Assembly: GCA_029571005.1 (NCBI GenBank)
Contig: JAKPTG010000018.1
Span: 1-62,168 of the forward strand
Source: Candidatus Fermentibacterota bacterium
Lineage (GTDB): Bacteria; Fermentibacterota; Fermentibacteria; Fermentibacterales; JCC-6
Length of the DNA stretch: 62,168 nt
Reading direction: 5' to 3'
Below, piece after piece: positions 1-8,000 of the stretch. Both the position numbers and the translations under genes were made by a program. Position 1 is the first letter of the stretch. Every line of letters begins with the position of its first letter. The notes beneath the pieces are model-generated. The model saw only the letters and a list, made by a program, of their open reading frames with translations, ran no database searches and was not told the origin of the DNA.

Positions 1-471
1 CACCAGCCCCAGGGAGTAAAGGGTGAACCAGTTGCTGCCGCCGGGGTTGCCGCTCCCCAGGGGCACCGCGAGGCTGAGGAGAAGGAAGACTCCCTGAAGG
101 ACCTGAATCTCCCCCAGCACCGACCAGTGCCTGAGCACCTGCCTCCCCAGCATTCTGGCGAGCTGGAGCAGCGTGGCGGTCATGGCCATCTGTCCCGGAA
201 TATGGGTGAGCAGATGGTTCCGGTTCGTGTCCAGCAGGATGAGTAGTGTCACGATGCATACGAGCTGAACCACCCTCAGCCGCTCCAGGACGCCGGCCCC
301 CCGCTCTTCCGTTGCGCCGGTGTTTTCCGCCAGCCTGAAATTCCTGAAAATGAGCCCTTTTTTGAGGAAGGACTGGAAAAGCACCTCCTCCAGGGCCATG
401 AGAGCCAGGGCAAGGATTCCCACCACGATCCGAGGCAAAGCCCCTCCTCCCAAAGCGGTTTCCCGGAACAT
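1..471 (-). CDS. Hypothetical polytopic membrane protein, N-terminal fragment (continues beyond the left edge of the window)
   Basis: Not in the ORF track because there is no stop inside the window. Reverse-strand ATG at 471..469 opens a frame that stays open to position 1 (157 codons): MFRETALGGGALPRIVVGILALALMAL... Codons are GC3-rich and there are several hydrophobic helices. No family recognised. Confidence 0.35.
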   Translation of the reverse strand, partial: MFRETALGGGALPRIVVGILALALMALEEVLFQSFLKKGLIFRNFRLAENTGATEERGAGVLERLRVVQLVCIVTLLILLDTNRNHLLTHIPGQMAMTATLLQLARMLGRQVLRHWSVLGEIQVLQGVFLLLSLAVPLGSGNPGGSNWFTLYSLGLV

Positions 472-586
472 AATGAAAACCCCTTTACGGTTCCGGTACC
501 CTGCGGGGTTGTCCCTTCGGGCCGATTTGCTATTCTTCATCTATCGTCGTTTTTTACGTCCACAACCGCAAGAAAGGGGTTACTTC

Positions 587-2242
587 ATGCAACCGCTTGA
601 CAGGCTTGACGATCTGTTGAAGGGTCGAGCCGGGGTAGTGAGGGAGAATCTCTCCAGGGAAGACATAATCCGGGCCGCCGTGGAAAGCAGAGGAGTGCTG
701 GTCATGAAATGCGGCGCCCTGGCCACCTGGACCAGGCCGGAATCCTCCGGCCGCAGCCCCAAGGATACGGTCATAGTCAAAAGGCCCGAGAGCAGCGGAT
801 CCATAGACTGGACCAGCCCCAACAACCTTCCCCTTTCCCCCGAGACCTTCGACATGGTCTGGGAGGACGGGCTGGAAACCCTCTCCCGGGTATCTGACAT
901 ATACGTCAACCGCAGGGTCGTGGGCGCCGATTCCAGATACTCCCTTCCCGTTACGGTGGTGACGGACACGCCGCTGACGGCCCTGTTCACGGACAACATG
1001 TTCAGGCCGGTGCCGCCGGACCTGGACAGGTCGGTCTTCCACCGGAGGCCCTACACCCTGATGGTTCTCCCCGGCCACAAGCTCAACCCTGAAAGGTACG
1101 CCGGAAGGCTGCGGAACGACCCGGCCCTTGGAGGGACTTCCACCATGGTGGTGGCCATGGACATGGACAGAATGCTGGGCATAGTTTACGGCAGCGCCTA
1201 CTGCGGAAGCGTGAAGAAACTGATCTTCACGGTGATGAACTACCTGCTCCCCGCCGAAGGGATTCTTCCGCTGCACTGCAGTGCCAACGAGGGTGCCGAC
1301 GGCTCCTGCGCACTGATGCTGGGCCTTTCGGGGACCGGGAAGACAACCCTCTCGGCGGATGCTTCCAGGGCGCTGCTCGGCGACGATGAGCACGGCTGGA
1401 GCGACAACGGGGTGGCGAACTTCGAGTTCGGCTGCTACGCAAAACTCGTGGACCTCTCCGAGGAGAGGGAGCCGGACATCTACCGGGCATGCTTCCACGA
1501 AGACGACTACCTCAGGCACGGGGCCATCATCGAGAACGTGATGGTGTACCCCGACGGCAGTTTCGACCTGTTCGACAAGAGGCTCACCGAGAACTCCCGG
1601 GGAAGCTATCCCCTGAGTTTCCTGCCCAACATCAAGAAGTCGAGCACCGGCGGGCATCCGAAATCCATAGTGTTTCTCACCGCCGATGCGAACGGTGTGC
1701 TGCCCCCTATTTCCAGGCTGACCAGGGATCAGGCCATGTTCTGGTTCCTGATGGGCTACACCAGCAAGCTTGCCGGAACCGAAACGGGGATTGTGGAGCC
1801 GGTGTCAACCTTCAGCCGCTTCTTCGGCGGCCCCTTCATGCCGAGGCTGCCCGAGGTTTACGCGGGGATGCTGGGTAAGAAGCTGGCGGAGCACGGAACC
1901 GAGGCCTTCCTGCTGAATACCGGATGGAGCGGCGGTCCCTATGGCACGGGAAAGAGAATCAGCCTTCCCCTCACCCGGATCATGCTCGATGCAGCGCTCC
2001 GGGGCGATCTGAAGGACGTTCCCTGCACTCCGGACCCTTACTTCAAGGTTTTGGTTCCCCAGTTCTGCCCCGGCCTTCAAGACAACTCCATTCTCAACCC
2101 GGGCAATACCTGGGCCGATCACGATGCGTACCGGGAAAGGGCCGAAAAGTTAGCGGGAGAGTTCGCGGCCTATTTCAGGAAGGCCTACGGAAACAGCAAC
2201 CTTGAGGAATCCATCGTGAAGGAGTGTCCGGGGCTGAAGTGA
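587..2242 (+). CDS. pckA: Phosphoenolpyruvate carboxykinase (ATP-dependent)
   Basis: Track ORF 320..2242 trimmed to ATG 587, with AGAAAGGGG just upstream. The discarded N-terminus is Arg/Lys-rich junk. Motifs: P-loop GLSGTGKTT, LGDDEHGW, FEFGCYAKL, GWSGGPYGTGKRISL. Confidence 0.9.
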   Translation: MQPLDRLDDLLKGRAGVVRENLSREDIIRAAVESRGVLVMKCGALATWTRPESSGRSPKDTVIVKRPESSGSIDWTSPNNLPLSPETFDMVWEDGLETLSRVSDIYVNRRVVGADSRYSLPVTVVTDTPLTALFTDNMFRPVPPDLDRSVFHRRPYTLMVLPGHKLNPERYAGRLRNDPALGGTSTMVVAMDMDRMLGIVYGSAYCGSVKKLIFTVMNYLLPAEGILPLHCSANEGADGSCALMLGLSGTGKTTLSADASRALLGDDEHGWSDNGVANFEFGCYAKLVDLSEEREPDIYRACFHEDDYLRHGAIIENVMVYPDGSFDLFDKRLTENSRGSYPLSFLPNIKKSSTGGHPKSIVFLTADANGVLPPISRLTRDQAMFWFLMGYTSKLAGTETGIVEPVSTFSRFFGGPFMPRLPEVYAGMLGKKLAEHGTEAFLLNTGWSGGPYGTGKRISLPLTRIMLDAALRGDLKDVPCTPDPYFKVLVPQFCPGLQDNSILNPGNTWADHDAYRERAEKLAGEFAAYFRKAYGNSNLEESIVKECPGLK

Positions 2243-2257
2243 AGGGCCGGGGAAGAA

Positions 2258-2285
2258 GGGGTTTGCCATGGAGATGGCAAACCCC
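2258..2285 (+). terminator. Perfect 12-bp hairpin after pckA (GGGGTTTGCCAT-GGAG-ATGGCAAACCCC); no U-tract
   Basis: Arms 2258..2269 and 2274..2285 are exact reverse complements with a 4-nt loop. Lies 16 nt after the pckA stop. The absent T-run makes intrinsic termination uncertain. Confidence 0.5.
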
Positions 2286-2347
2286 GGTCCGGCGATGAGA
2301 TGTGGCGGTCAGGCGTTCTTGTTGGGTTCGTCCCCTAAGGAGGGGTC

Positions 2348-2914
2348 ATGAGGTGGATTGCGGTGGTACTGGCTGTGACGGCGGTAACGGTCGCCGAAGA
2401 TCACGGCCGAAGGTCTCTGGCTTTTTCCCTGGGCGGGGGGGCGATCACCCCCTGGCTCTTCAGTGACGACACTCAGGTCCGTACCGGGTTCGGGGGAATG
2501 CTGGGTGTGGAAACCCCGATGGACCAGGGGCACCAGTTCGCCCTGAAGGCCGGCTTCTTCACCGCCGAAAGCGACAGCGCCGCCTGGTCCTCGGTGGGTT
2601 TCGTGCCCCTGACCCTGGGCTACCGGATATACCCGTTCTACCACCGATGGGCCGGGCCCAGGGGTATCGAACCCATGGTGGGAGTCCATGCCGGAGGGGT
2701 TCTGGTCTGGGACTCGCCGGAGGGCGACTCCGGCGGAAGCACTACCACCGGTGGAGGGATCATCGGTGCGGAACTCGGGGCCCGGATTCCGGTGGGGTGG
2801 TCGAGCTGCCTGGAACTTTCCGCCGCCCTGGACTACATGCCCCTGGGGGCGTCGCCGGCCGGGGAGGACAAGAACTGCGGAGCCCTGAGAATCATGGCCT
2901 CCGTGGTGTTCTGA
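2348..2914 (+). CDS. Small exported protein, probable 8-strand outer-membrane beta-barrel
   Basis: ATG behind AAGGAGGGG. Signal-like MRWIAVVLAVTAVTVA, alternating hydrophobic strands, Gly-rich loops, C-terminal ...ASVVF (terminal aromatic residue). Confidence 0.55.
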   Translation: MRWIAVVLAVTAVTVAEDHGRRSLAFSLGGGAITPWLFSDDTQVRTGFGGMLGVETPMDQGHQFALKAGFFTAESDSAAWSSVGFVPLTLGYRIYPFYHRWAGPRGIEPMVGVHAGGVLVWDSPEGDSGGSTTTGGGIIGAELGARIPVGWSSCLELSAALDYMPLGASPAGEDKNCGALRIMASVVF

Positions 2915-3980
2915 TCGGCGCGTCCCCTTTCCGCATCAGTGAGGCTCCGAGTTGCCCGCAGGCCCCCTGGACGTCGGCCCCCCGGGACTTCCTCAGGGTG
3001 ACCGCCGGGCAGCGGGGATACAGGTATTCCATGAACCTCTGCACCCTCCGGTCTCCGGGCCTTTTCCAGGGAAGGCCCGGAACCGGGTTGTAAACCAGCA
3101 GGTTGATCTTGCACGGCAGCCCCCGGGCGAATACGGACAGGGCCCCGGCTTCCCGGATGGAGTCGTTCACGCCCTCGATCAGACAGTACTCCAGGGTCAC
3201 TCTCCTCCCGGTCGCCGCGGACCATTCCATCAGGCCCCCCCGGAGGGTTTCCAGGGGCACCGCCGCCGCCATGGGAACCAGCCTTTCCCGGGTTTCCTGC
3301 ACCGCGCTGTGAAGGGATACCGCCAGGCCGTACTGCTTCCCCGACTCCGCCAGCCGGGCGATTCCCCGGGGCAGGCCTATGGTGGAGATGGTGATCTTTC
3401 TCCGGCCCATGCAGATTCCGTGCTGGTGGGTGATGATTTCCAGTGCCGTGAGCACCCGGTCAAGGTTGTCCAGGGGCTCCCCCATCCCCATCATGACCAG
3501 GTTTGTGATCCGGTCCGGGGAAGCCTTCCTCAGGGCGTACAGCTGGGCCACTATCTCGTCCGGCTCCAGGTTTCTTCTGAAGCCCGCCAGCCCGGTCATG
3601 CAGAAGGTGCACCCCATCCTGCACCCCGCCTGGCTTGAAAGACAGGCGGTGAGTCTGGGGGGGGCGGGTATCAGAACCGATTCCGCCGGAGACCCGTCGG
3701 GCAGCTCGAACAGGAACTTCATCGCACCGTCTTCTCCCCGGGAGGTTTCCACGGGTTTCAGAATCGTCAGGGCCGCGTTTTCCTGAAGCCGCCTCCGGAA
3801 GGGTGCCGGCAGGTCCGTCATGGCCCCGAAGGATTCGGCCCCCCGGAGGTGTATCCACGAGAAGAGCTGCCGGGCCCGGAAGGGTTTTTCCCCCAGGTCC
3901 CCGGTCACCCAGGCGGTGAGCGGGTCGAGGGGCATTCCGGTGGGGCGCCGGGGGGGGGTATATTCCGCTTCCACATTCAT
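2892..3980 (-). CDS. rlmN: 23S rRNA/tRNA (adenine-C2)-methyltransferase, radical SAM (RlmN/Cfr family)
   Basis: CRMGCTFC radical-SAM cluster motif, EKPFRARQLFSWI, MGMGEPLDN, IEGVNDS, GACGQL. Track ORF 2892..4292 trimmed because its first 104 codons run antisense through mtnP. Start is ATG 3980 or ATG 3935 (MPLDPL...), unresolved. Confidence 0.85.
   Translation of the reverse strand: MNVEAEYTPPRRPTGMPLDPLTAWVTGDLGEKPFRARQLFSWIHLRGAESFGAMTDLPAPFRRRLQENAALTILKPVETSRGEDGAMKFLFELPDGSPAESVLIPAPPRLTACLSSQAGCRMGCTFCMTGLAGFRRNLEPDEIVAQLYALRKASPDRITNLVMMGMGEPLDNLDRVLTALEIITHQHGICMGRRKITISTIGLPRGIARLAESGKQYGLAVSLHSAVQETRERLVPMAAAVPLETLRGGLMEWSAATGRRVTLEYCLIEGVNDSIREAGALSVFARGLPCKINLLVYNPVPGLPWKRPGDRRVQRFMEYLYPRCPAVTLRKSRGADVQGACGQLGASLMRKGDAPIRTPRRP
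3950..3958. repeat. G9/C9 homopolymer tract in the rlmN/mtnP divergent region
   Basis: Read directly: ...gcgccg ggggggggta... Encodes PP(R) if rlmN starts at 3980; is 5' UTR if rlmN starts at 3935. Abuts the GGGTATATTC word. Confidence 0.9.
3956..3965 (+). promoter_or_regulatory. GGGTATATTC word (copy 1 of 3), candidate -10 element for mtnP-thiL
   Basis: Exact 10-mer also at 17306..17315 and 51163..51172. Each copy is in + orientation, 31-63 nt upstream of a + strand start codon. Contains TATATT. Confidence 0.35.
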
Positions 3981-3995
3981 GATGGAGGGAAGATA

Positions 3996-4856
3996 ATGGT
4001 AAAAAGGGTGGGCATCATAGGTGGAAGCGGCCTCTACTCGATACCCGGGATCGCCGTGAAGGGGGAAGAGTCCGTCACGACTCCCTACGGCGTGCCCTCC
4101 TCCCCCGTGGTGCTGGGGGAGTTCCACGGCGTTTCCACCGCCTTCATCGCGAGGCACGGGGAAGGCCACCGCCTTACCCCGTCGGAGGTTCCCTACGCCG
4201 CCAACATTTACGCCCTCAAGTCCATGGGGGTTGATACCCTGATCAGTTTCAGCGCCGTCGGGAGCCTCAGGGAGGAAGTACAGCCCAGGCACTTCGTGGT
4301 GCCGGATCAGCTCTTCGACCGGACCCGGGGCTCACGGCGTTCCAGCTTCTTCGGCGGGGGAGTGGTGGCCCACATCGCCTTCGGCGATCCCTTCTGCCCG
4401 GGGCTTCGGGGGGTTCTCGGCCGGGCCGCCGCCGAGGCCGGGGCCGTGGTGCACTCCGGGGGGACCCTGGTGGTGATGGAGGGCCCGGCCTTCAGCACCA
4501 GAGCCGAAAGCCTTTTCTATCGCTCCATCGGCGCGTCGGTCATCGGGATGACCGCCCTTCCCGAGGCGAAGCTGGCCCGGGAGGCCGGGATATGCTACGC
4601 CACCCTGGGCATGTGCACGGACTACGACTGCTGGAGGGAATCCGGGGATGACGTCAACTGTGACATGGTTTTCCGGGTGATGAAGGACAACGCCGCCATG
4701 GCCCTGTCGGTTCTGGGAAAGGTTCTGGCCGTCCTGGGAGCCGGCGGGAAGGACGGCGCGGGGTGCCTTTGCCGGGAACCCCTGGGCATGGCAACCGGGG
4801 AGGAGAGCCGCGACCGGCGGACCATGGAATCCCTGGAAACGGTGCTCGCCCGGTGA
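3996..4856 (+). CDS. mtnP: S-methyl-5'-thioadenosine phosphorylase
   Basis: ATG 3996 behind GGAGGGA. Motifs: GIIGGSGLY, ARHGEGH, MEGPAFSTRAES, GMTALPEAKLARE, CTDYDCW. Confidence 0.9.
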   Translation: MVKRVGIIGGSGLYSIPGIAVKGEESVTTPYGVPSSPVVLGEFHGVSTAFIARHGEGHRLTPSEVPYAANIYALKSMGVDTLISFSAVGSLREEVQPRHFVVPDQLFDRTRGSRRSSFFGGGVVAHIAFGDPFCPGLRGVLGRAAAEAGAVVHSGGTLVVMEGPAFSTRAESLFYRSIGASVIGMTALPEAKLAREAGICYATLGMCTDYDCWRESGDDVNCDMVFRVMKDNAAMALSVLGKVLAVLGAGGKDGAGCLCREPLGMATGEESRDRRTMESLETVLAR

Positions 4857-5767
4857 GTCTCACGGTGGGCGAACTCGGGGAGAGGGGGCTCATCAGGCAC
4901 CTGGCCGGAGAACTGGGGCTGAACCTGGTGGGGGACGACTCCGCCCTGCTGCCGGGAATACCTTCGCCGGCGGTCACCGTTGACTCTTTTTTCCAGGGTG
5001 TCCACTTCCACACCTGGTGGTGTCCCCCGGAGGTGCTGGGGAGGAGGCTGCTGGAGGCCACCCTGTCGGATCTGGCGGCCGTGGGCGCCGACCCCCGATG
5101 GCTGCTGGCGGCGGTGAGCGTTCCTCCGGACACCGGGGTGGAGTGGATTACGGGTTTCTACAGGGGGCTGACCGAAAGGGCCGACTGCATTGTGGCGGGC
5201 GGGGAAACGGTCCGGGGGGATGTCCTTGGCGTCACCCTCACGGCTCTGGGCAACCTGCCGGGGAAGCCCCTCCTCCGTTCCGGGGCCCGTCCCGGGGATC
5301 GTTTGTGGGTCACCGGCCCCCTTGGCAGAACCCTGGATTCCCCGGGCCTTCTGGAGAAGTCCCGCCGCCGTCCCCTGAGCCCGGTTGAGGAGCGGCAGGT
5401 CATGTCGTTTCTGGCGCCGAGGGCCCGCTTCGATGTGGCGTGCGCGCTCCGGGAGGCCGGATGCCGGTGCGCCATCGACATCTCCGACGGGCTTGTTTCC
5501 GAGGCGGCCCACATATCCCTGGAGAGCGCCGTCAGGGTCGTCATCCACGTCCGATCAGTGCCCCTGGTGGAGTATGCCGCCGACAGGCCCATGGAAGCCT
5601 TCAGGGCGGGGGAGGACTACGAACTCCTCTTCTCCGCCCCCGGGGCGATGGACTTTCCGGGGTGCCATCCGGTGGGGGTGGTGCAAAGCGGCGAAGGCGT
5701 CTGCTTCGTGAACCCCGACGGGACCGCCGCCGTCACGGGCGAGGGGTACGACCACTTCAGGGGGTGA
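4853..5767 (+). CDS. thiL: Thiamine-monophosphate kinase
   Basis: GTG 4853 overlaps the mtnP stop (GTGA). Motifs: GDDSALL, DSFFQGVHF, LSDLAAVGA, AGGETVRG, DISDGL. Track ORF 4763.. trimmed. Confidence 0.85.
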   Translation: MSLTVGELGERGLIRHLAGELGLNLVGDDSALLPGIPSPAVTVDSFFQGVHFHTWWCPPEVLGRRLLEATLSDLAAVGADPRWLLAAVSVPPDTGVEWITGFYRGLTERADCIVAGGETVRGDVLGVTLTALGNLPGKPLLRSGARPGDRLWVTGPLGRTLDSPGLLEKSRRRPLSPVEERQVMSFLAPRARFDVACALREAGCRCAIDISDGLVSEAAHISLESAVRVVIHVRSVPLVEYAADRPMEAFRAGEDYELLFSAPGAMDFPGCHPVGVVQSGEGVCFVNPDGTAAVTGEGYDHFRG

Positions 5768-5783
5768 GGCGGGTTTCCGTGCG

Positions 5784-6689
5784 TCACCGCAGATAGGCCC
5801 TCATGCCGATTTCCAGGTCCGCTCCGGCCCCGGAGAACAGGGCGCTCAGTTCGTACCCGTCGGTTGAGTCCAGGCCCCACAGGGGTATCACGTCCGTGGG
5901 ACAGTGCCCCACCGCCATCATGGAATCCGACCTGAAAAGGAGAGGGTCCACCGGAAGACCCGGAATCAGGGTGTCCAGTACCGCCCATGCGTGGAACACC
6001 AGGCTGTCGCTCCGGATGACGAGCCCTCCCTCCACGTGCATCGGCAGGGGGCTGCGCTTGACCAGTTCCATGGACATCTCGAGGCACGGCCCCGGGTCTT
6101 CCCGGGTGCCTTCCACCCGTCCGGCCGTAAGAACGAGGTCCGCCAGGGCGTCGTCGCTCAGGACGGAATCCAGGGGTCTGAAGGTGAAGGGCGTCTGGGT
6201 TACCCTCACCACGGTGGTTTTGGTGACGACTCCCCCGGGGGGAAGTGAATCCACCAGGCATGTGAGTAACCGTCCATCCCCCGTGAAATCGCTTCCAAGG
6301 ATGGAGAGCCGCTGGTACGGTTCATGGGACCGGGGCCGGGGCATCGTCAGGATGACCCTCTCGACGGTGGTGTCCCCCCGGTTCCTCAGCACGGCTTCCA
6401 GCACCAGCGTGGTGTCCAGGGCTGAAACACCCCGGCTCCTGTTCTTCAGCCAGTCCGAGGTCTCCCCCCCGGACGCCGCCGCCAGGGCGTACACCCGACC
6501 GGCCTCCCGGAATCGCCCCGAGAGTTCCAGAAGCCTGGCCAGCTCCAGCAGCCCCTCGCCGTCAATCCTGGCCGCCTGTTCCGCGAACAGAAGGGCCCTG
6601 ACGGGAACCTCCCGGATGCTTATCGAGGCCCTGGCGCTGTCCACCGGGCAGTACGGGAACGTGAGCAGCACTGTCGCAAGGAGAATCAT
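5784..6689 (-). CDS. Exported transglutaminase-like (Cys-His-Asp) protein
   Basis: ATG 6689 overlaps the stop of the upstream LolC/E-like gene (ATGA). GPCLEMSMELV ... FHAWAVLD ... VDPLL resembles the transglutaminase-core triad spacing. The longer track ORF (to 7562) overlaps the Lol gene out of frame and is Arg/Gly/Pro junk. Confidence 0.5.
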   Translation of the reverse strand: MILLATVLLTFPYCPVDSARASISIREVPVRALLFAEQAARIDGEGLLELARLLELSGRFREAGRVYALAAASGGETSDWLKNRSRGVSALDTTLVLEAVLRNRGDTTVERVILTMPRPRSHEPYQRLSILGSDFTGDGRLLTCLVDSLPPGGVVTKTTVVRVTQTPFTFRPLDSVLSDDALADLVLTAGRVEGTREDPGPCLEMSMELVKRSPLPMHVEGGLVIRSDSLVFHAWAVLDTLIPGLPVDPLLFRSDSMMAVGHCPTDVIPLWGLDSTDGYELSALFSGAGADLEIGMRAYLR

Positions 6690-7924
6690 TTCCTGAGCAC
6701 CGTCACCGGGTCCAGGGATGCGGCCCTTGCTGCGGGCACCAGGGCCGAGAGAACGCTCATGATAACCGCCGCCAGGGCTGCGACGGCCACGCTTGTCGGG
6801 GAAATCCTCACCGGGAGGTTGTCGTGGAAGGAGTAAACGTCCGGAAGGGTGACGAGACCGGTGGAAGAGAGAAGATGGCACCCCAGAAGCCCGATGACCA
6901 CGCCGGCGCAGGCCCCGGTGAGCCCCACGAAAACCCCTTCCCAGAGGAAGATGCCGGTGACCAGCGAGTCGCTGCCGCCCATGGACCTTATCACTGCTAT
7001 GTCCCGGCGCCTTTCCACCACGCTCCGGGCTACGGTTCCCATGATGTTGAAGGTGGCTACAAGGGTTATGAGCAGCAGGGCCGCCATGGAACCCAGCCGC
7101 TCCAGCTTCATGCTGGCGGCCAGGGCGGGGTTTCTTTCCCGCCAGGTCAGCACCTGAAGGGAATCGGGCAGTACCGCCCTGATCGCCCGGGCCGCGTCGT
7201 CGTCGCCGGAGCCCGGGACGGGAGTCACCTGGATTCCGCTGAAACCGCCGGCGGGCAGGAACATTCCGGCCGCCATGGATATGGGAACCCAGGCCAGATT
7301 TCTGTCGTTTGACGGAAGGCCCGTCTCCACGGCCCCGGAAAGCACCGCCCTGGCGCTTCTGTCGTTGCCGGAGAAAAGGCTTCGCGGAGGGAAGAACACC
7401 ACGACGTCCCCCGAGGAGTGCATGAACTGTTCCGCCAGGTAGAGCCCCATCACCACCAGGGCCCCGTCGTCGGAGTCGAGGAGCGCCGGGGAGCCCCAAC
7501 TGACCATGGAATCTATCCCGGGGAACAACGGAACATCCGGGGGGACCCCCCGGACCAGGCATCCCGCTTCCAGGTTCCTGGCCGGAAGTCTGGCAATGGC
7601 CTCCCCCTGTACGTACGGCACCGCGGAGGCCACCTCCGGCAAGGCCTTCAGGGTTTCCAGGAAGGCCGGGTCGTCGGGCACCACCCCGGTTCCCGCGGGA
7701 ACCACCGCCAGGGAAGCGTCCACGCTGACCACGCTTTCGGTGATGAAGTGTTCCAGCCCGTCCAGGACGCCCATCACCACCACCAGGGCCGCGACCCCCA
7801 GGGCCACTCCGGCGACGCTGACCACGGTGCTGAAGGCTACCCGCCTCCTGGTGGGGTGCCTGCGGATGTATCTCCAGGCGATTCTCCAGGAAACCGGGCT
7901 GAACAACTGAATCACGACCGACAT
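6686..7924 (-). CDS. LolC/LolE-family (FtsX/MacB-type) ABC transporter permease
   Basis: N-terminal TM helix (VAFSTVVSVAGVALGVAALVVVMGV), large periplasmic domain, C-terminal FtsX bundle (RRRDIAVIRSMGGS...). No ATPase gene adjacent. Confidence 0.8.
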   Translation of the reverse strand: MSVVIQLFSPVSWRIAWRYIRRHPTRRRVAFSTVVSVAGVALGVAALVVVMGVLDGLEHFITESVVSVDASLAVVPAGTGVVPDDPAFLETLKALPEVASAVPYVQGEAIARLPARNLEAGCLVRGVPPDVPLFPGIDSMVSWGSPALLDSDDGALVVMGLYLAEQFMHSSGDVVVFFPPRSLFSGNDRSARAVLSGAVETGLPSNDRNLAWVPISMAAGMFLPAGGFSGIQVTPVPGSGDDDAARAIRAVLPDSLQVLTWRERNPALAASMKLERLGSMAALLLITLVATFNIMGTVARSVVERRRDIAVIRSMGGSDSLVTGIFLWEGVFVGLTGACAGVVIGLLGCHLLSSTGLVTLPDVYSFHDNLPVRISPTSVAVAALAAVIMSVLSALVPAARAASLDPVTVLRK

Positions 7925-7950
7925 GGAACCTCCACGAGTCTGGCGGACTG

Positions 7951-7961
7951 CTATTATATAT
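7951..7961. promoter_or_regulatory. CTATTATATAT box (copy 1 of 2) in the LolE-like/C25 divergent spacer
   Basis: Same 11-mer at 36327..36337 in another divergent spacer. Lies 40 nt upstream of the C25 TTG start. Followed by the 11-bp palindrome GGATTGAATCC (7962..7972). Confidence 0.3.
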
Positions 7962-8000
7962 GGATTGAATCCGGGGCTACGATTCCGAGGAGGTTCTTGA

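Noticed and set aside
320-586. N-terminal extensions of track ORFs: 320..2242, 2892..4292, 3849..4856, 4763..5767, 5784..7562, 15849..17273, 16889..20146, 25793..26872, 27707..28807, 29140..29988, 29909..31312, 31210..32301, 32199..33050, 33872..35476, 34585..35610, 40885..42036, 42033..43430, 45259..46167, 46497..48365, 50550..51287, 51178..53334
   Set aside because: In each case the conserved protein begins at an internal ATG/GTG/TTG that has an RBS or overlaps the upstream stop codon. The extension overlaps a neighbouring real gene or is low-complexity.
554-1657. 367-aa reverse-strand ORF inside pckA, plus similar long antisense ORFs: 8451..9965, 10104..10913, 11624..12787, 12217..13395, 17234..19126, 18334..19230, 19337..20461, 19995..21212, 21410..22780, 22248..23534, 26595..28025, 27926..29359, 36425..37927, 38382..39251, 45304..45903, 48235..49590 (+), 49645..50715 (+), 51109..52203, 53591..55786, 57493..59685, 59447..60739
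   Set aside because: All lie antisense or out of frame to genes with strong family motifs. Their translations are Arg/Gly/Pro/His-rich low-complexity strings with no recognisable motifs. Long spurious ORFs are expected at this GC content because stop codons are rare.
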